Below, piece after piece: positions 19,158 through 30,816 of a stretch of 64,000 bases of DNA (position 1 is its first letter; every line of letters begins with the position of its first letter). The notes beneath the pieces are model-generated. The model was not told the origin of the DNA. It did no database searches and saw only the letters and a list, made by a program, of their open reading frames with translations. This stretch comes from a virus (lineage: Duplodnaviria; Caudoviricetes), in the IMG/VR virus record IMGVR_UViG_2832410175_000003, positions 64,001-128,000 of that record, one strand, 5' to 3'. The position numbers were made by a program, and so were the translations under genes.

Positions 19158-20327
19158 ACGAAACATCTGGGAGATATCACAAAGATAAACGGCCGCGAAG
19201 TTCCGGTCGTTGATTGCGTCATCGGTGGCAGTCCTTGCCAAGATGTTAGTATCGCAGGATCTAAAGCGGGATTTGGTTTCCGCCTGTTCCCATGCGGGCT
19301 TGGAGTGTCGGCACACGCTGACCGCATTCTCTGATGACATCACAGGCGTGCGTCATATCAAGAATTATGCAGTCTTCGACTGGATCTCCAACGCTAGCCG
19401 CAGATACTCCGGAAGCTCCTTCTTGTTTCGTTCTGCTCTCTTCAGAATTCCCTGACACGCCTTTGCGCTCAAAAAGTATCTCGGGAGCGGATTCTCCTCC
19501 AAAATCTGCGACAAGTGCGATTCTACGGCGACTCTGGGGGACTCCCCAAAACTGTGCATTGAGTACGCGCCAAGCGATACTCCATCCGTCTCCCATGACG
19601 CATCCGGCAGTTCTCCATTTGCCCTTCGGAGGTTCAGGAATAACGGCATTTGGTTCGACGATCCTCGCGATTTCTTCGAGGACTCGTCGGAAATCTTCTC
19701 CTTTGTGGCTGCTGAAAGCTCCGACGACGTTTTCCCATACCATGTATCGAGGACTTGCTGTCCCTGAAGCTGCTTCACTGTGTTCCCTCATTTCTCTTAC
19801 AAGTCGTGTCTGTTCGAAGAAAAGAACTGATCGCTTCCCCTCAAATCCCGCTTTTGTTCCGGCCGGTTTGCGTAGGAAATGGACAGGCACACATTGCGAC
19901 ACATCTCACGCCGGATGTGTGCCAGACACTGAACTGCATGCACGACCCAATGGCGGTGATTGAAGTAAAGCCAGGCAGGGATAAATTCATTCGACGGCTG
20001 ACGCCACTTGAATGCGAAAGATTGCAGGGATTTCCGGATAACTGGACTGACATCGGAGAATGGATAGACTCAAACGGGAAGGTACATAAGGAGAGCGCAA
20101 ACACGGGGCGATACAAGGCAATGGGAAATTCGATTGCGTTGCCGCCCTGGCGATGGGTGCTTAGCAGACTGTATAAACAGTTTGACCGGCCGGCAACGAT
20201 GGCAAGCCTGTTTGATGGAGTTGGAGGTTTCCCTCTGATCTGGAGAGAGCTCGGGGGCGAAACACTGTGGGCAAGCGAAATTGAAAGCTTTCCAATAGAG
20301 GTCACCAAGAAACGATTTTCAGAATGA
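19158..20327 (+). CDS. Circularly permuted C5-cytosine DNA methyltransferase interrupted by an internal inversion (19263-19854)
   Basis: + strand KHLGDITKING..GGSPCQD; - strand ENV and QSRRR motifs; + strand RRLTPLECERLQGFP, MGNS, SLFDGVGG; flipping restores a 389-aa frame; start codon ACG. Confidence 0.85.
19263..19854. repeat. Inverted segment bounded by perfect 13-bp inverted repeats
   Basis: AAAGCGGGATTTG (19263-19275) / CAAATCCCGCTTT (19842-19854). Confidence 0.9.
19365..19778 (-). CDS. Nested out-of-frame MTase beta-subunit-like protein
   Basis: GAGGG RBS + GTG; LSQILE..P.PRYFLSAKACQGILKRA; similar nested ORF in the second MTase. Confidence 0.65.
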   Translation of the reverse strand: MKQLQGQQVLDTWYGKTSSELSAATKEKISDESSKKSRGSSNQMPLFLNLRRANGELPDASWETDGVSLGAYSMHSFGESPRVAVESHLSQILEENPLPRYFLSAKACQGILKRAERNKKELPEYLRLALEIQSKTA

Positions 20328-20342
20328 TTTAGGAGTGAGTGT

Positions 20343-21170
20343 ATGAGCAAGTATATTGAGCGAGAAGCAGCAATTATGAAGGCTGAAAAATATGGACTTG
20401 GATATGGCAGCGTGCTTGGACGCCATTCCGGTATTGCCGATTGTATAGCATCAGAGATTGCGACTTTGCCTGCCGCCGACGTTGTGCCGGTGGTACATGG
20501 ACGGAGGTACAGAATAATGCGAAATCCGTGCAAGGACTGTATCTACTACCACAAAGCGAGTCAAACTTGCCAGTCGAAGAAATGTGCTACGGGCAACGAC
20601 GGAAAAGTATCTTGGAATGACAGGATGTTTTGTTCTCCGCGAAAAGATGAATGGAGGCGCAGACAATGACTGAAGTGATTGGGCAGAAAACCGTTAAAAT
20701 ACGGAAAGACCATATGTGTTTTGGCTGCGGACGAAATTTTCATAAAGGAACTTTAATGGAACGCAGTTGCGTAATTGATAGCGACGGTATATGGACCTGT
20801 TATCTATGCCCCACTTGCAAAAAAATTTCCGCTTCGCTGAAATACGGCGATGAATTTGGTTTCGGTGAACTACGGGAAGAAGCTTTAAAAAAGGACGGAG
20901 GTGCGGACAATGGCTGAGTATCATGTTGGCTGTGGCGCTTTTGGCATCTACGCAGGAACACTTGAGCCAAAGAACAAATCCTTGTGGCGTAATAAGTCAG
21001 ACGTTACAGAAGAAGCGATTGAAGCTGTTCGTGACCATATGGTGATGGAACTACTTGGTGGTTTTGGTTGCTCTAAAGCGTCCTCAAGCGGATGGGCGTG
21101 GAAACTCAAAGATGGTCGAACGGTTGAATTGCGCGTGACGATCAAGGAGGAAAACAATGGCGATAAGTAA
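20343..21170 (+). other. Three small hypothetical ORFs (20343-20669, 20666-20917, 20910-21170)
   Basis: Overlapping start/stop codons; CxxC motifs. Confidence 0.65.
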
Positions 21171-21870
21171 GAAAATCCGCGAAGAAGTATACCGCAAATA
21201 CGACGGACACTGTGCTTATTGCGGAAGAGAGATGGCATACAAAGATATGCAAGTAGATCATTTTCTCCCACTGAGGGCATGGGGAATTGAAGATGCGGGA
21301 ACAGATGATATTTCGAATCTCATGCCGTCCTGTCGAATGTGTAATCATTACAAGAGAGCCAATACGTTGGAAACATTCCGGCGCTATATCGCAGAAATTC
21401 CGAGAAAGCTGCGTGAAAATTACATCTATAAGGTTGGCGTAGTTTACGGGAATGTGATCGAGAACGAAAAAGCGATTGAGTTTTACTTTGAGAAGCAGAA
21501 AAGTACAACTCATTGGAAAAATGGTGCGAAAATGGCTGAATACATTAACCGTAAAGCTGCGTTTGATGCTATAACCGATCTTGCAGGGAAAGCCCCGACG
21601 CGCTCAGCTTATGAAGCTATATGGAAATCAGCGAGAGTGTTGAAGAAAATCCCTGCCTCCGACGTTGTGCCAACTTCACAGGAGAGAATCTACAAAGATC
21701 TTTTAGATGCTCTGTTTGAAGACGTCAGAAGTCTTGATACCACGCTAGCCGATGAGTGCTGTATGTGCAGCAAAGGGGAATGCGACGACTGCAATTTGCG
21801 CACATTTGAGGACGAACTATTAGCAATCCTCGGACGCGCGTCCGAGAGGAAGAAACGAGTTACAGACTGA
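21157..21870 (+). CDS. HNH endonuclease fused to a second small phage ORF
   Basis: CAYCG..VDHF..NLMPSCRMCNHYK; internal MAEYINRKAA resembles a separate gene start. Confidence 0.8.
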   Translation: MAISKKIREEVYRKYDGHCAYCGREMAYKDMQVDHFLPLRAWGIEDAGTDDISNLMPSCRMCNHYKRANTLETFRRYIAEIPRKLRENYIYKVGVVYGNVIENEKAIEFYFEKQKSTTHWKNGAKMAEYINRKAAFDAITDLAGKAPTRSAYEAIWKSARVLKKIPASDVVPTSQERIYKDLLDALFEDVRSLDTTLADECCMCSKGECDDCNLRTFEDELLAILGRASERKKRVTD

Positions 21871-22151
21871 AATGTTTATTTAACGGAGAAACGAAAGTAG
21901 TTTACGGCCGGACATTGCATATCTTCGTGATGAAACGCTTATAAAACCATTGTTTAAGAGGATAAGAAAATGACAAATTATCGGTATATTTGCAAAGATT
22001 GCAAGAACATAATCGTCTACGATCCAGCATGTCTAAAATGGCAGAAAGCACAAGGTTTTGTGGTTTGCCGAGAAACTCAATCCCTATTTTGCCCGTATTG
22101 CGGCTATAAAAATACAATGCAAGATATCGTATATGCCAATGAGGTGAACCA

Positions 22152-22943
22152 ATGATCGGCACAATTATCGGAGATATTGTCGGCTCACGATTCGAGTACG
22201 ATAACATTAAAACCAAAGACTTTGAGTTGTTCACGGATGACTGCCACTTCACCGACGATACAGTTCTGACAGTTGCTGTCGCAGGTGCATTGTTAGACGG
22301 TGGCAGACCAAGTTATTCACAATTACAGAAGAGAACAAGAGTGTGGCTGCGCGGTCTTGCAAAGAAGTACCCCGCCGCAGACTATGGCACACGGTTTGAA
22401 GATTGGGTTAATAGCAAATCCGATGAGCCGACCAACAGCTATGGGAATGGAGCTGCGAGTCGAATTTCTCCTGTCGGCTTTGTTACCGCAAGCCGTGAAC
22501 AGACGATAACGCTCGCGGATACGATTACCGGCGTAACGCATAATCATGTTCACGCGCTCATTGGTGCCAGCGCGGTGGCTGTGTCAACGTATTATGCGCG
22601 AATCGGGTGGCCAAAAGAGCAGATCAAGAAACACATCAACGAATATTTTTACCAAATGGACTTCACTCTGGATGAAATTCGGCCAACGTATTCGTATTCT
22701 CTGGCGTGCTGGGATACCGTCCCGCAGGCGCTCGAAGCGTTTTTTGAATCGACCAGTTTTGAGGATGCTATCCGCAACGCGATTTCAATCGGTGGTGATA
22801 GCGATACGATTGCCGCAATTACCGGCGGTGTAGCCGAAGCATACTATGGCGTGCCGCAGGAATTAAGAGAAAAGGCCGAATCTTATCTGGATGAACGACT
22901 TCTTCGTGTTATCCATGCCTTTGAAAACCTATTTGAACGATGA
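22152..22943 (+). CDS. ADP-ribosylglycohydrolase (DraG/ARH family)
   Basis: GDIVGS, TDDT, SYGNG, TH, GGDSDTIAAITG. Confidence 0.92.
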   Translation: MIGTIIGDIVGSRFEYDNIKTKDFELFTDDCHFTDDTVLTVAVAGALLDGGRPSYSQLQKRTRVWLRGLAKKYPAADYGTRFEDWVNSKSDEPTNSYGNGAASRISPVGFVTASREQTITLADTITGVTHNHVHALIGASAVAVSTYYARIGWPKEQIKKHINEYFYQMDFTLDEIRPTYSYSLACWDTVPQALEAFFESTSFEDAIRNAISIGGDSDTIAAITGGVAEAYYGVPQELREKAESYLDERLLRVIHAFENLFER

Positions 22944-22955
22944 GGTGTTTGTAGC

Positions 22956-25900
22956 GTGACGTTAGACGAAGCCATTGAATACTGGCGCAAGAGAACAAAA
23001 GATTCTAAAGAAAACCGTTCTTATCAGTCAGCCAGTCTAAGCGAGCAGCATGTAAATTGGCTCGAGGAATTAAAAGAACTTCGTGCTGAAACGCAGAGAA
23101 GCAAAGATGCTCGGCCACTTACCCCATATGAACTGATGAGTATGGACGGCCAAGAAGTCTGGGTGGTTCTAAAAGAAACTCCTGATTATCCAAAAGAGAT
23201 TGTCCCATGCTTTGTCGATTCCATTAACATGAATATGATTGGAAACCGAGAAGAATATGTGGATTATATGTTGAGTTTTGCTCCTCAATCAGGCCGGTAC
23301 TGGAATGAGTGGGTAGCTTACCGTAACAAGCCGGAGGTTCGAGAGAAGTGAAAATACTTAAACACGGGTTTGATAGGGAGTTTACAGTCATCTGTGAAAG
23401 ATGTGGTTGTATTTACACAATCACCAAGGACGACGTTGAAATCGAAAAAAGCATGAAGCGCGGAAGAATGGTATATTCTGCAATCACTATCCATTGTCCG
23501 GAGTGTAACTGGGATCAGTGCCTTGATACCGACGTTGAAGAAGGAATGCGGCGGATGTTCGTGTGCGATAGGGGGTAAATAAGAATGTACTATAAGGCAG
23601 AATGCTTTGTAATGCTATTCAGTTTGTTGGCCCGCGCCGAAGTCGAAGGAGTGGAACTGTGAAAGTAATCACTCACGGAAAATTCGGCGCACGAAGACAT
23701 AGATGTGTCGGGTGCGAATGTGTATTTGAGTACACGACGGACGATATCCATCACGCGGGCACAGACGACTACGAGGGCACAGACGACGGCCGGAGATTAT
23801 TCGTTCTGTGCCCCGAGTGCGGCAGACCAGTAGCAGCTGTGTGGAGGAAGAGATAAACATGTGGGAAGATAACGACTACTGTTACGAATGCACCGGATAC
23901 GGTGATGACTGGTACGAGGATGAGAACGGCGAACTTCAATCTCGCTGCGGTGACTGCCCGTTTAATCCGTCATACGATCCCGAGGAAGATTGGTAATGTA
24001 CGACAGCTTCATCGACATTTGGGAGGGAAGCCCTATGTGGGGACAACACATCGAAGACTGGAAAACATCAGAAGAACAGAACGACGATTCATCCAACCGC
24101 TGGATTGTCGAGCTGGCGGATAACGGCTGGATGGATCACATCTGTCCTCGATGTCATTATAAGCGCAATCTGGACAACCATGTAATCAACACATATAGGT
24201 ATTGCCCGTACTGCGGCAAGCGACTTTATGGAGGAGGAAACGACGATGGGCCTCGACGTTACGATTAAGGAAGTACAAGAGTTCCGCTGTCCAGACTGCG
24301 GCAAGCTCGTAACGACAAAGGATGTCAACGAGGTCAACGCCGGAGGGCCTGACTGGTACGATTTCTTAAAGTCAATCGACTATTACGCTGAGGGCGGCGA
24401 TAGCGATTGGTACGGCAAAGATATGGTACTTACGGATGAACAGGCTCGTGAGCTTGCCAAGTATTCTGTCAAAAATGTTTACTGGCCGAACAACGATATC
24501 GAAAAGCTCGTGGCAGTCGCTCTGCTGAAAGGTCATAAGGTGGTTGTCAATGCAGACTGGTGATACACAAATCATTTATTGCCGAGACTGCAAGTTCTAC
24601 GGAGTAGGAGAGGGAGGCATTAAGGATTGTCTTAATCCGTTTGGATTACTTATCGCCAAAGAATTTGATTTTTGCAGCTTAGCAGAGTTAAAAAGTAATA
24701 GCGAAGGAGAACAAAATAAAAGCTGGCTTAATGCTCGCGGTTAATCCACAAGTAAAAGGAAGAATGAAGGAGAAAGAGCAAAAATGAGTTTTCCATATCG
24801 AGAAAAAATGAACAATCTCAGAACTGGCGATATTTTTGAGAAAGACGGGGTTATTTATGCAGCGTTAAGTGGACCCTCATATTTCGTGGACCTATCTTGC
24901 TGCACAATGATCGTGACAATACCAAAAATTATGAAAGAAAAAATGATTTTTGATGGCGATTTCGACTTCATTTTAGTCGTTCCGGAAGAAGAAGTTGAAG
25001 TAGTAGGCGTAGATATAAACGTGATAGCAAAACATAACGAAGTAGTTTGTCAGCAATCTAAAAAGAGGTAATTCAAGATGGACTTTCCACAGACAAAGAA
25101 AATGCGTGATCTCAGGACTGGCGACGTTTTTGTGCGAGACGACTTTACATATGTAGCAATCGCCGACCCATACTACGGCACAGTCTGGGTGACAAAGCCG
25201 GAATTCGTAAACGAAAATGGAGTATACAGCTGCACATCGGCTGATTTGCTGCAATACAAGCCAGACGATGAGGCAGAAGTCATCGGCCAAGATGAGCGCC
25301 CTCTGAAGATGTTCCGGCGAAAATACACTTATTCTAACGAAAAGGAGTAACCTAAATGCGACTTTACTGGCTCTTACTTATTATTCCGTTCTTTGTTCTG
25401 TCTGTCATAGACGTAAAGAAGACATGTAAGAAGATCAAAGAAACCCGCAGGAACCCGGCAATTCGTGATGACGCACTGAATCTCGGACTCTCCGTGTATG
25501 CGCTGATTGTCTGCACGGTGCTGATGATCCTGATGATGCTCGGGGTGGTCGGATGATCTTCTGGGTCTCGCTCTTCGTTATAACTGTGACAATGGATTGG
25601 CTTATTGTTAATGCGTCAACAGAAGAAGAAGAACTAGTCGCAGCAGTTCTCGGAATCATAGCAATGATTATGATACTTGTGTACTTTGCGCGGTAAGGAG
25701 ATTTTATGACAGCAGGAATTATTGCACTCTTATTCGGTGTGGCCGGGTTTATCCTAAACACGTCCTCTGGCCGAGTAAAAGGTGACCGAATTCTACGATG
25801 GCAGCTTAGAAGTGCCGCAGAATCGTGTTTCATCTTCTCGGTTTTGTTCTGGATGGCTTTCGCATTCCACTTGATTTGTACGATGAGAGGTGCGTAACGT

Positions 25901-26612
25901 GAAAAAATATGTGAATACGGCAATGATTACTTCTGGTTCCGCGGACGATTTTAATAAACGCTTAGCGAGTACGATTGAGGATTTTCAGAATCATGGCTGC
26001 GAAGTTGAGGTTCAGTATCAAACTGTGTTCAGAAAGTCTTCAGAACATTTTTTATACACCGCGTTGGTTCTCGCATATCGAATGGAGTGATTGTTATGTT
26101 TTTGAGATGGTATCGCAGAAAAATCGCAGAAGCAGTTGAAGCAAGAATGTCATATATGGCAACTTGCCTGAATGAGCGTGACATCATTTTGAACATTATC
26201 GCCCCAAAAGATTACAAACGAAAGGGTATACCACATTGTAGCACAGATTGCCACAACAAATCATGTTATTCCTATCGTGCCAATAAGAAAGGCTGATTTG
26301 ATTATGCAATACGTTCCAAAAATTCAAAAAGGTGATATTACTGACATATATGTGGCTGGCATGAAATTATTCTCGGTCAGACTCGGAGAGATTGATTGCT
26401 CTTTCGAAACGGCCGAAATCAGGAATGAAGTCAGGCCGGGTGTAGTTGAAGTGACAATTCCTGCGGATTTTGTACCTAACTGCAAAATCACAATAGAAGG
26501 AACTGTCCAGTCAGACGTAGAACTCTCCTTTACAAAATCCGTTTCGCCCGAGAGGGCCACTACGGCTGACGATATGATCAGCGAATTACAACAATTCATT
26601 ATCGAAAAGTAA
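22956..26612 (+). other. Array of small hypothetical ORFs, many zinc-ribbon or membrane peptides
   Basis: CxxC pairs, hydrophobic 45-66 aa ORFs, overlapping codons. Confidence 0.7.
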
Positions 26613-26639
26613 ATCTGAGCGTGAAAGGAACTGAATCAG

Positions 26640-27437
26640 GTGGCAAATAATAATTATTGGATAGGCAAAGAGGCACGAGCTAAAAGGGCTGCCGAATGGA
26701 CAACTAAGAATACGAGAGAACACAGCGAGGAAATAAGACGAAGCGTTGCCAACGCTAAGATCTACGATGATGAGGATGGACGCAAGCGCGTTTTCATGCC
26801 AGGCGCACCCACCTCTGTGCCGGTTCTTCGCTTGCTCGCAGAAGATTCTGTTACGGCACTTTGTAATTGCAAAGCAAAGCATCCCTCGCAAAAGGTCGCC
26901 GTGCTCAATTTCGCGTCCTACAAGAACCCCGGCGGCATGTTCCTAAAGGGCAGTCGTGCACAGGAAGAGTGCCTGTGCCACGAGTCGTTCTTGTATAATG
27001 TGTTGCGTGAGTTTGAGGAAGAGTATTATAGTCAGAATCGAAAAACGCTGCGCCGAGCAATGTACACCAATCGCGCCATTTATGCCCCTGATGTACACTT
27101 TTACCACAACGGGGGAGATGTGACCTGCGACGTCATTACATGTGCAGCTCCCAATTTTTCTGCAGGTGCTAAGTACGCGAACGTAGATCCCGCAACTAAC
27201 AGCAAAGCCTTATTTTCTCGTATTCGCTTTGTTTTGGACGTTGCCGCAGTGCAGAAAGTAGATACGCTGGTTCTTGGCGCGTTCGGCTGCGGTGTATTTG
27301 GACAGAACCCAACGGAGGTAGCTGAGATCATGCGAGACCTTGCAGGAAAATATCCTTTTGCTGAAGTCATATTCGCAATACCTGACCCAAACCATGAGAA
27401 TTATGTTTCGTTTGCTAAGGTTTTCGATAATCACTGA
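26640..27437 (+). CDS. TIGR02452 macrodomain protein (bacterial PARG-like)
   Basis: LNFASYKNPGGMFLKGSRAQEECLC, ITCAAPN, LVLGAFGCGVFGQNP. Confidence 0.9.
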   Translation: MANNNYWIGKEARAKRAAEWTTKNTREHSEEIRRSVANAKIYDDEDGRKRVFMPGAPTSVPVLRLLAEDSVTALCNCKAKHPSQKVAVLNFASYKNPGGMFLKGSRAQEECLCHESFLYNVLREFEEEYYSQNRKTLRRAMYTNRAIYAPDVHFYHNGGDVTCDVITCAAPNFSAGAKYANVDPATNSKALFSRIRFVLDVAAVQKVDTLVLGAFGCGVFGQNPTEVAEIMRDLAGKYPFAEVIFAIPDPNHENYVSFAKVFDNH

Positions 27438-27445
27438 TTTTCGGA

Positions 27446-30234
27446 TGAGTAATGACATCGAGTACATCGACATCTGGGCATCAGCACCGCCGAGTGAAGA
27501 ATATGCGTCTGAACTTTGCAGAATGTTCCTCGTAATCGAAAGAAACCTTAAAATTCCGAAACTGGCAGGAGAAATTCCGCAAGAGACACTCGATAACGGT
27601 TTGGAGCTCTTGATGGATAAAATATATCAAGAATGGGTGTTCTGATGAAAACAAACAAGGAAATCCAAATTTACAGAAGCGCGAGTATTTTTCGAAGAAT
27701 GTCAACTGTTCGATTTGCCGAGGAATACATGGGTATACAGTTGTTCCCTTATCAGAAGTTGTTGCTGTATCTGTTGGATGCAAAATATTACTTCGAAAAA
27801 GACTGGCCGATTCGACCGTTTGGACTCAACAGAAAGGTTTGGTGGAACTGATGTATATCAAGAAAAGCGAATACTCGGCAATGCAGGAAGAACTGAAAAC
27901 CCTTCGTCTGCAGGCGGAGGTAAATAGTGCCTGGACGGAAATGAAGAAGATTGACCCGAAGCCGGGGGAATATGTAATAGTAAAGTTCAAATACGGCCGA
28001 GTTAAATGGGATTCTCTTCAGTTTTTCATGAATAACTGCAAGAAGAAATTCCCGAACAATAAGGTATACGCGATTATCGATGATATGGATATGCAGGTTT
28101 GGGACGCCGGCAGACTGAACGAGTTTATTCGTAAGCTCAGAGAGGATGCAATTTCGAATGGAGCGTTCGATGACTGATAGAGAGCTCGAAAAACGCCTGC
28201 GAGCTATCCGAAAAGAAGGCCGCAAACGCGCAAGACATCGTAGTAGCATCCCATTGCTGACCAGACTGCGGCTGAATCTTCTCTTCTGGCTGTATATGGC
28301 GTGCCCGTATGGGTGGACAAACACCAGAGAGAGAATCAATAATCGCTGGACTGCGATATATCAGTAGAAGTTATAAACGAAAATAGAAAGGGAAATAGCG
28401 AGTGACTTGTGTTGCGTTTTGCCCGCAATGCGGGAAAAGTGTTTCGTATGACAAAGTGATAAGACCACAATGGGTGACAATCAAAGGAATAACTTTTTCT
28501 TATAATGAAAGACTTGCGCTCTGTCCAGAATGCAGAGAAGAGGTTTATGTTGCCGCAGTCAGTGATTTGAATGTGAGAACCCGAGAGCAAGCATATTTTC
28601 GAGCTTTAGAATCTTCCCGGACAAAGAAATGAGGTTTTTATATGGACTTTTCTGAGCGATTCCCTGACATGAAAGTCGGAGAAGCAAAGCACACACTTCT
28701 CAAGCATCAGATCAGCTTGCCATGCTGTATCTGTGGGAAGAAAACTCCATTCTCCGATCTCCGTTTTGGGCGACGATTTTGCAGTTCAGACTGCTTCAAC
28801 ATATTTTACGACGAGGTATACGAATGAGAAAAGTTTTTGTTGCCGCTATGATTATTTGCTTATTCTTGGTGACATTAACTGGCTGTTCGGTTACGGTGCG
28901 AGAGTCATCTGAAAATCCAGATGCCATCTCGACTACTGGACTTAGATCAAGCCAAGGAAGCGGAACGTTTTGTGATATCTGCGGTAAAGAGTTGAGTAAC
29001 CGAGAACGCGGCGAAAAATATCAGATTACGTTCTTCAGTGGGCGTATCGTGGAGGAGACATACAACTTAGTATGTCCAGATTGTGCAGACAACATTGAAG
29101 CATACATTGAACAATTAGGGAGTGAACAATAATGACCAGAGTATTTTGTGATATCTGTGGGAAAGAAATTTACCATGGATTGACGAAACCGCTATATGAG
29201 GTCAGTGTAAGTGCTGTGGGCGGATCTCTATCCAAGGAAGAAAGAGTGTATGTTCATGAGGAAGTTTGTTCTGAATGTGCAAAAGCCATCGAGTCTCATA
29301 TAAAAGAAATGGCCGGATCAATATCAACTAAGTTTCGATAACACAAAAGGTTAATTTGGAGTGACTCACAATGGGTGAAGCAAAACGAAAGCCCCGTCCA
29401 TCGGTTCCGCACTATGTCTGGTTCGACCGTGACGACTGCTGGTTTTGCAAGAACCCAAACAACTGCAACCAGTGCAAAGCAAATCGCAAATGGTTAAAAG
29501 AGAACGTGCCGAAGAAAGAGAAAGGGTATCACACTTGATTATAATGTTCAGAATTTTTCTATGCCTTATCGGTGTCGCTCTGTTCTTTGCAGGAATTCAT
29601 CTCGTGGGAGATTCAGATGTTGAATGGCTGCTCGGGGAAAATGACAACAAAGCGCTTCTGAAACAGGCTATTGGACAGTTTTGTGTGATTGGCAGCATCT
29701 TAATTCTTGCAGTATTGGGGTGGACATGCGGATGACAAAAGGCACATACACGCGCGATTTCTACATTCTGCCGACCATCTTGTTCCATAACGGTGAATGT
29801 TACGTTAGCATTGAACTGGCATGGCTTAAATGGTATATCGGCATTGTTTTAATGGAGGACGACTAATGAATCGCACGACTGTTAACATCTCGGATTTGAG
29901 CCCCAAAGCACAGGAGCTTTACCACAAGATTATGAGAGGCGAATATCTCACAGAACAGAGCGAAGACATTCCTCTGCCGATGCGCCGCTATTTTTGTCAG
30001 GCGCTCCATCTGGTTCGTGGATGGTTTGAAAGTCATCAAGATCAGCTGAAGCGGTACTGTATGAACAACACAGCCGGAACAATCGCCATCCTAAAGGAGA
30101 TGGAGAAAACCCCGGACGAGTTGATGAAGGGCGACTTCGCGGAGTTTCCAGTGCCGGAACCGTTTAACACAAAGTTCAATAAGATAGCAAAGAAAATGCG
30201 AGAAAAACTCGCAAAAAGAGAAAAGAGTGATTAA
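27446..30234 (+). other. Array of small hypothetical ORFs
   Basis: Packed + strand ORFs, several FCDICGKE zinc ribbons, one lipoprotein (28825-29132). Confidence 0.65.
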
Positions 30235-30413
30235 AAATCGGAATTCCACAGTTTATTGTCCTCGTATGGACAGTATTAGAACTCTACATTGGGTGGTATT
30301 ATCATGGACAACCGCTGCCGGGCAAAATTGATTTTCGCGTACAGGGAATTTCGTGCGCGATTAAACTCATTGTACTGGCAGCCGGCGGATTCTTCGATTA
30401 AAAAAAGTTGACG

Positions 30414-30755
30414 TCAATCGTCAGCTTTTAAGGTTTGAGCGAGTTTCTTTTTCTCGCGGCATTTCTTTATTCGCATTGAGTTCACAGTAGCGGCCCAATC
30501 TTTGCGTGGGCCTTTGCTGTATGGGAGGTAGGAAGATACAGTGCTGGTTGAAATTTTCAAGTGCTCGGCGATGGTTTTAATCGACATACCCGTAGCATAG
30601 AGATGTTGAATTTGTTCAGCACGTGCTGAAGTAAATAAACCGGCAGTAATGAGAGCTCTCCGGACAGTTAGATGAGAAATGTTCAACTCCGCGGCAACCA
30701 TTTTCATGCTTTCTAATGCTCTGTATCTTTCTAAAATGTCCGTATACTGACTCAT
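30414..30755 (-). CDS. Double helix-turn-helix DNA-binding protein
   Basis: SMKMVAAELNISHLTVRR and SIKTIAEHLKISTSTVSSY; GAGGTG RBS. Confidence 0.8.
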   Translation of the reverse strand: MSQYTDILERYRALESMKMVAAELNISHLTVRRALITAGLFTSARAEQIQHLYATGMSIKTIAEHLKISTSTVSSYLPYSKGPRKDWAATVNSMRIKKCREKKKLAQTLKADD

Positions 30756-30816
30756 TATCTCACCTCTTTATTGAATTATACCATAAATAAATTACAAAAA
30801 CAAGGAGTGACAACCA

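Noticed and set aside
19334-19963. 209-aa + strand ORF across the inverted segment as a new protein
   Set aside because: Antisense of the MTase frame, no clear RBS or motif; not supportable without expression data
21157-21510. HNH acting as homing endonuclease for the nrdD intron
   Set aside because: About 24 kb away, with no sequence evidence linking them
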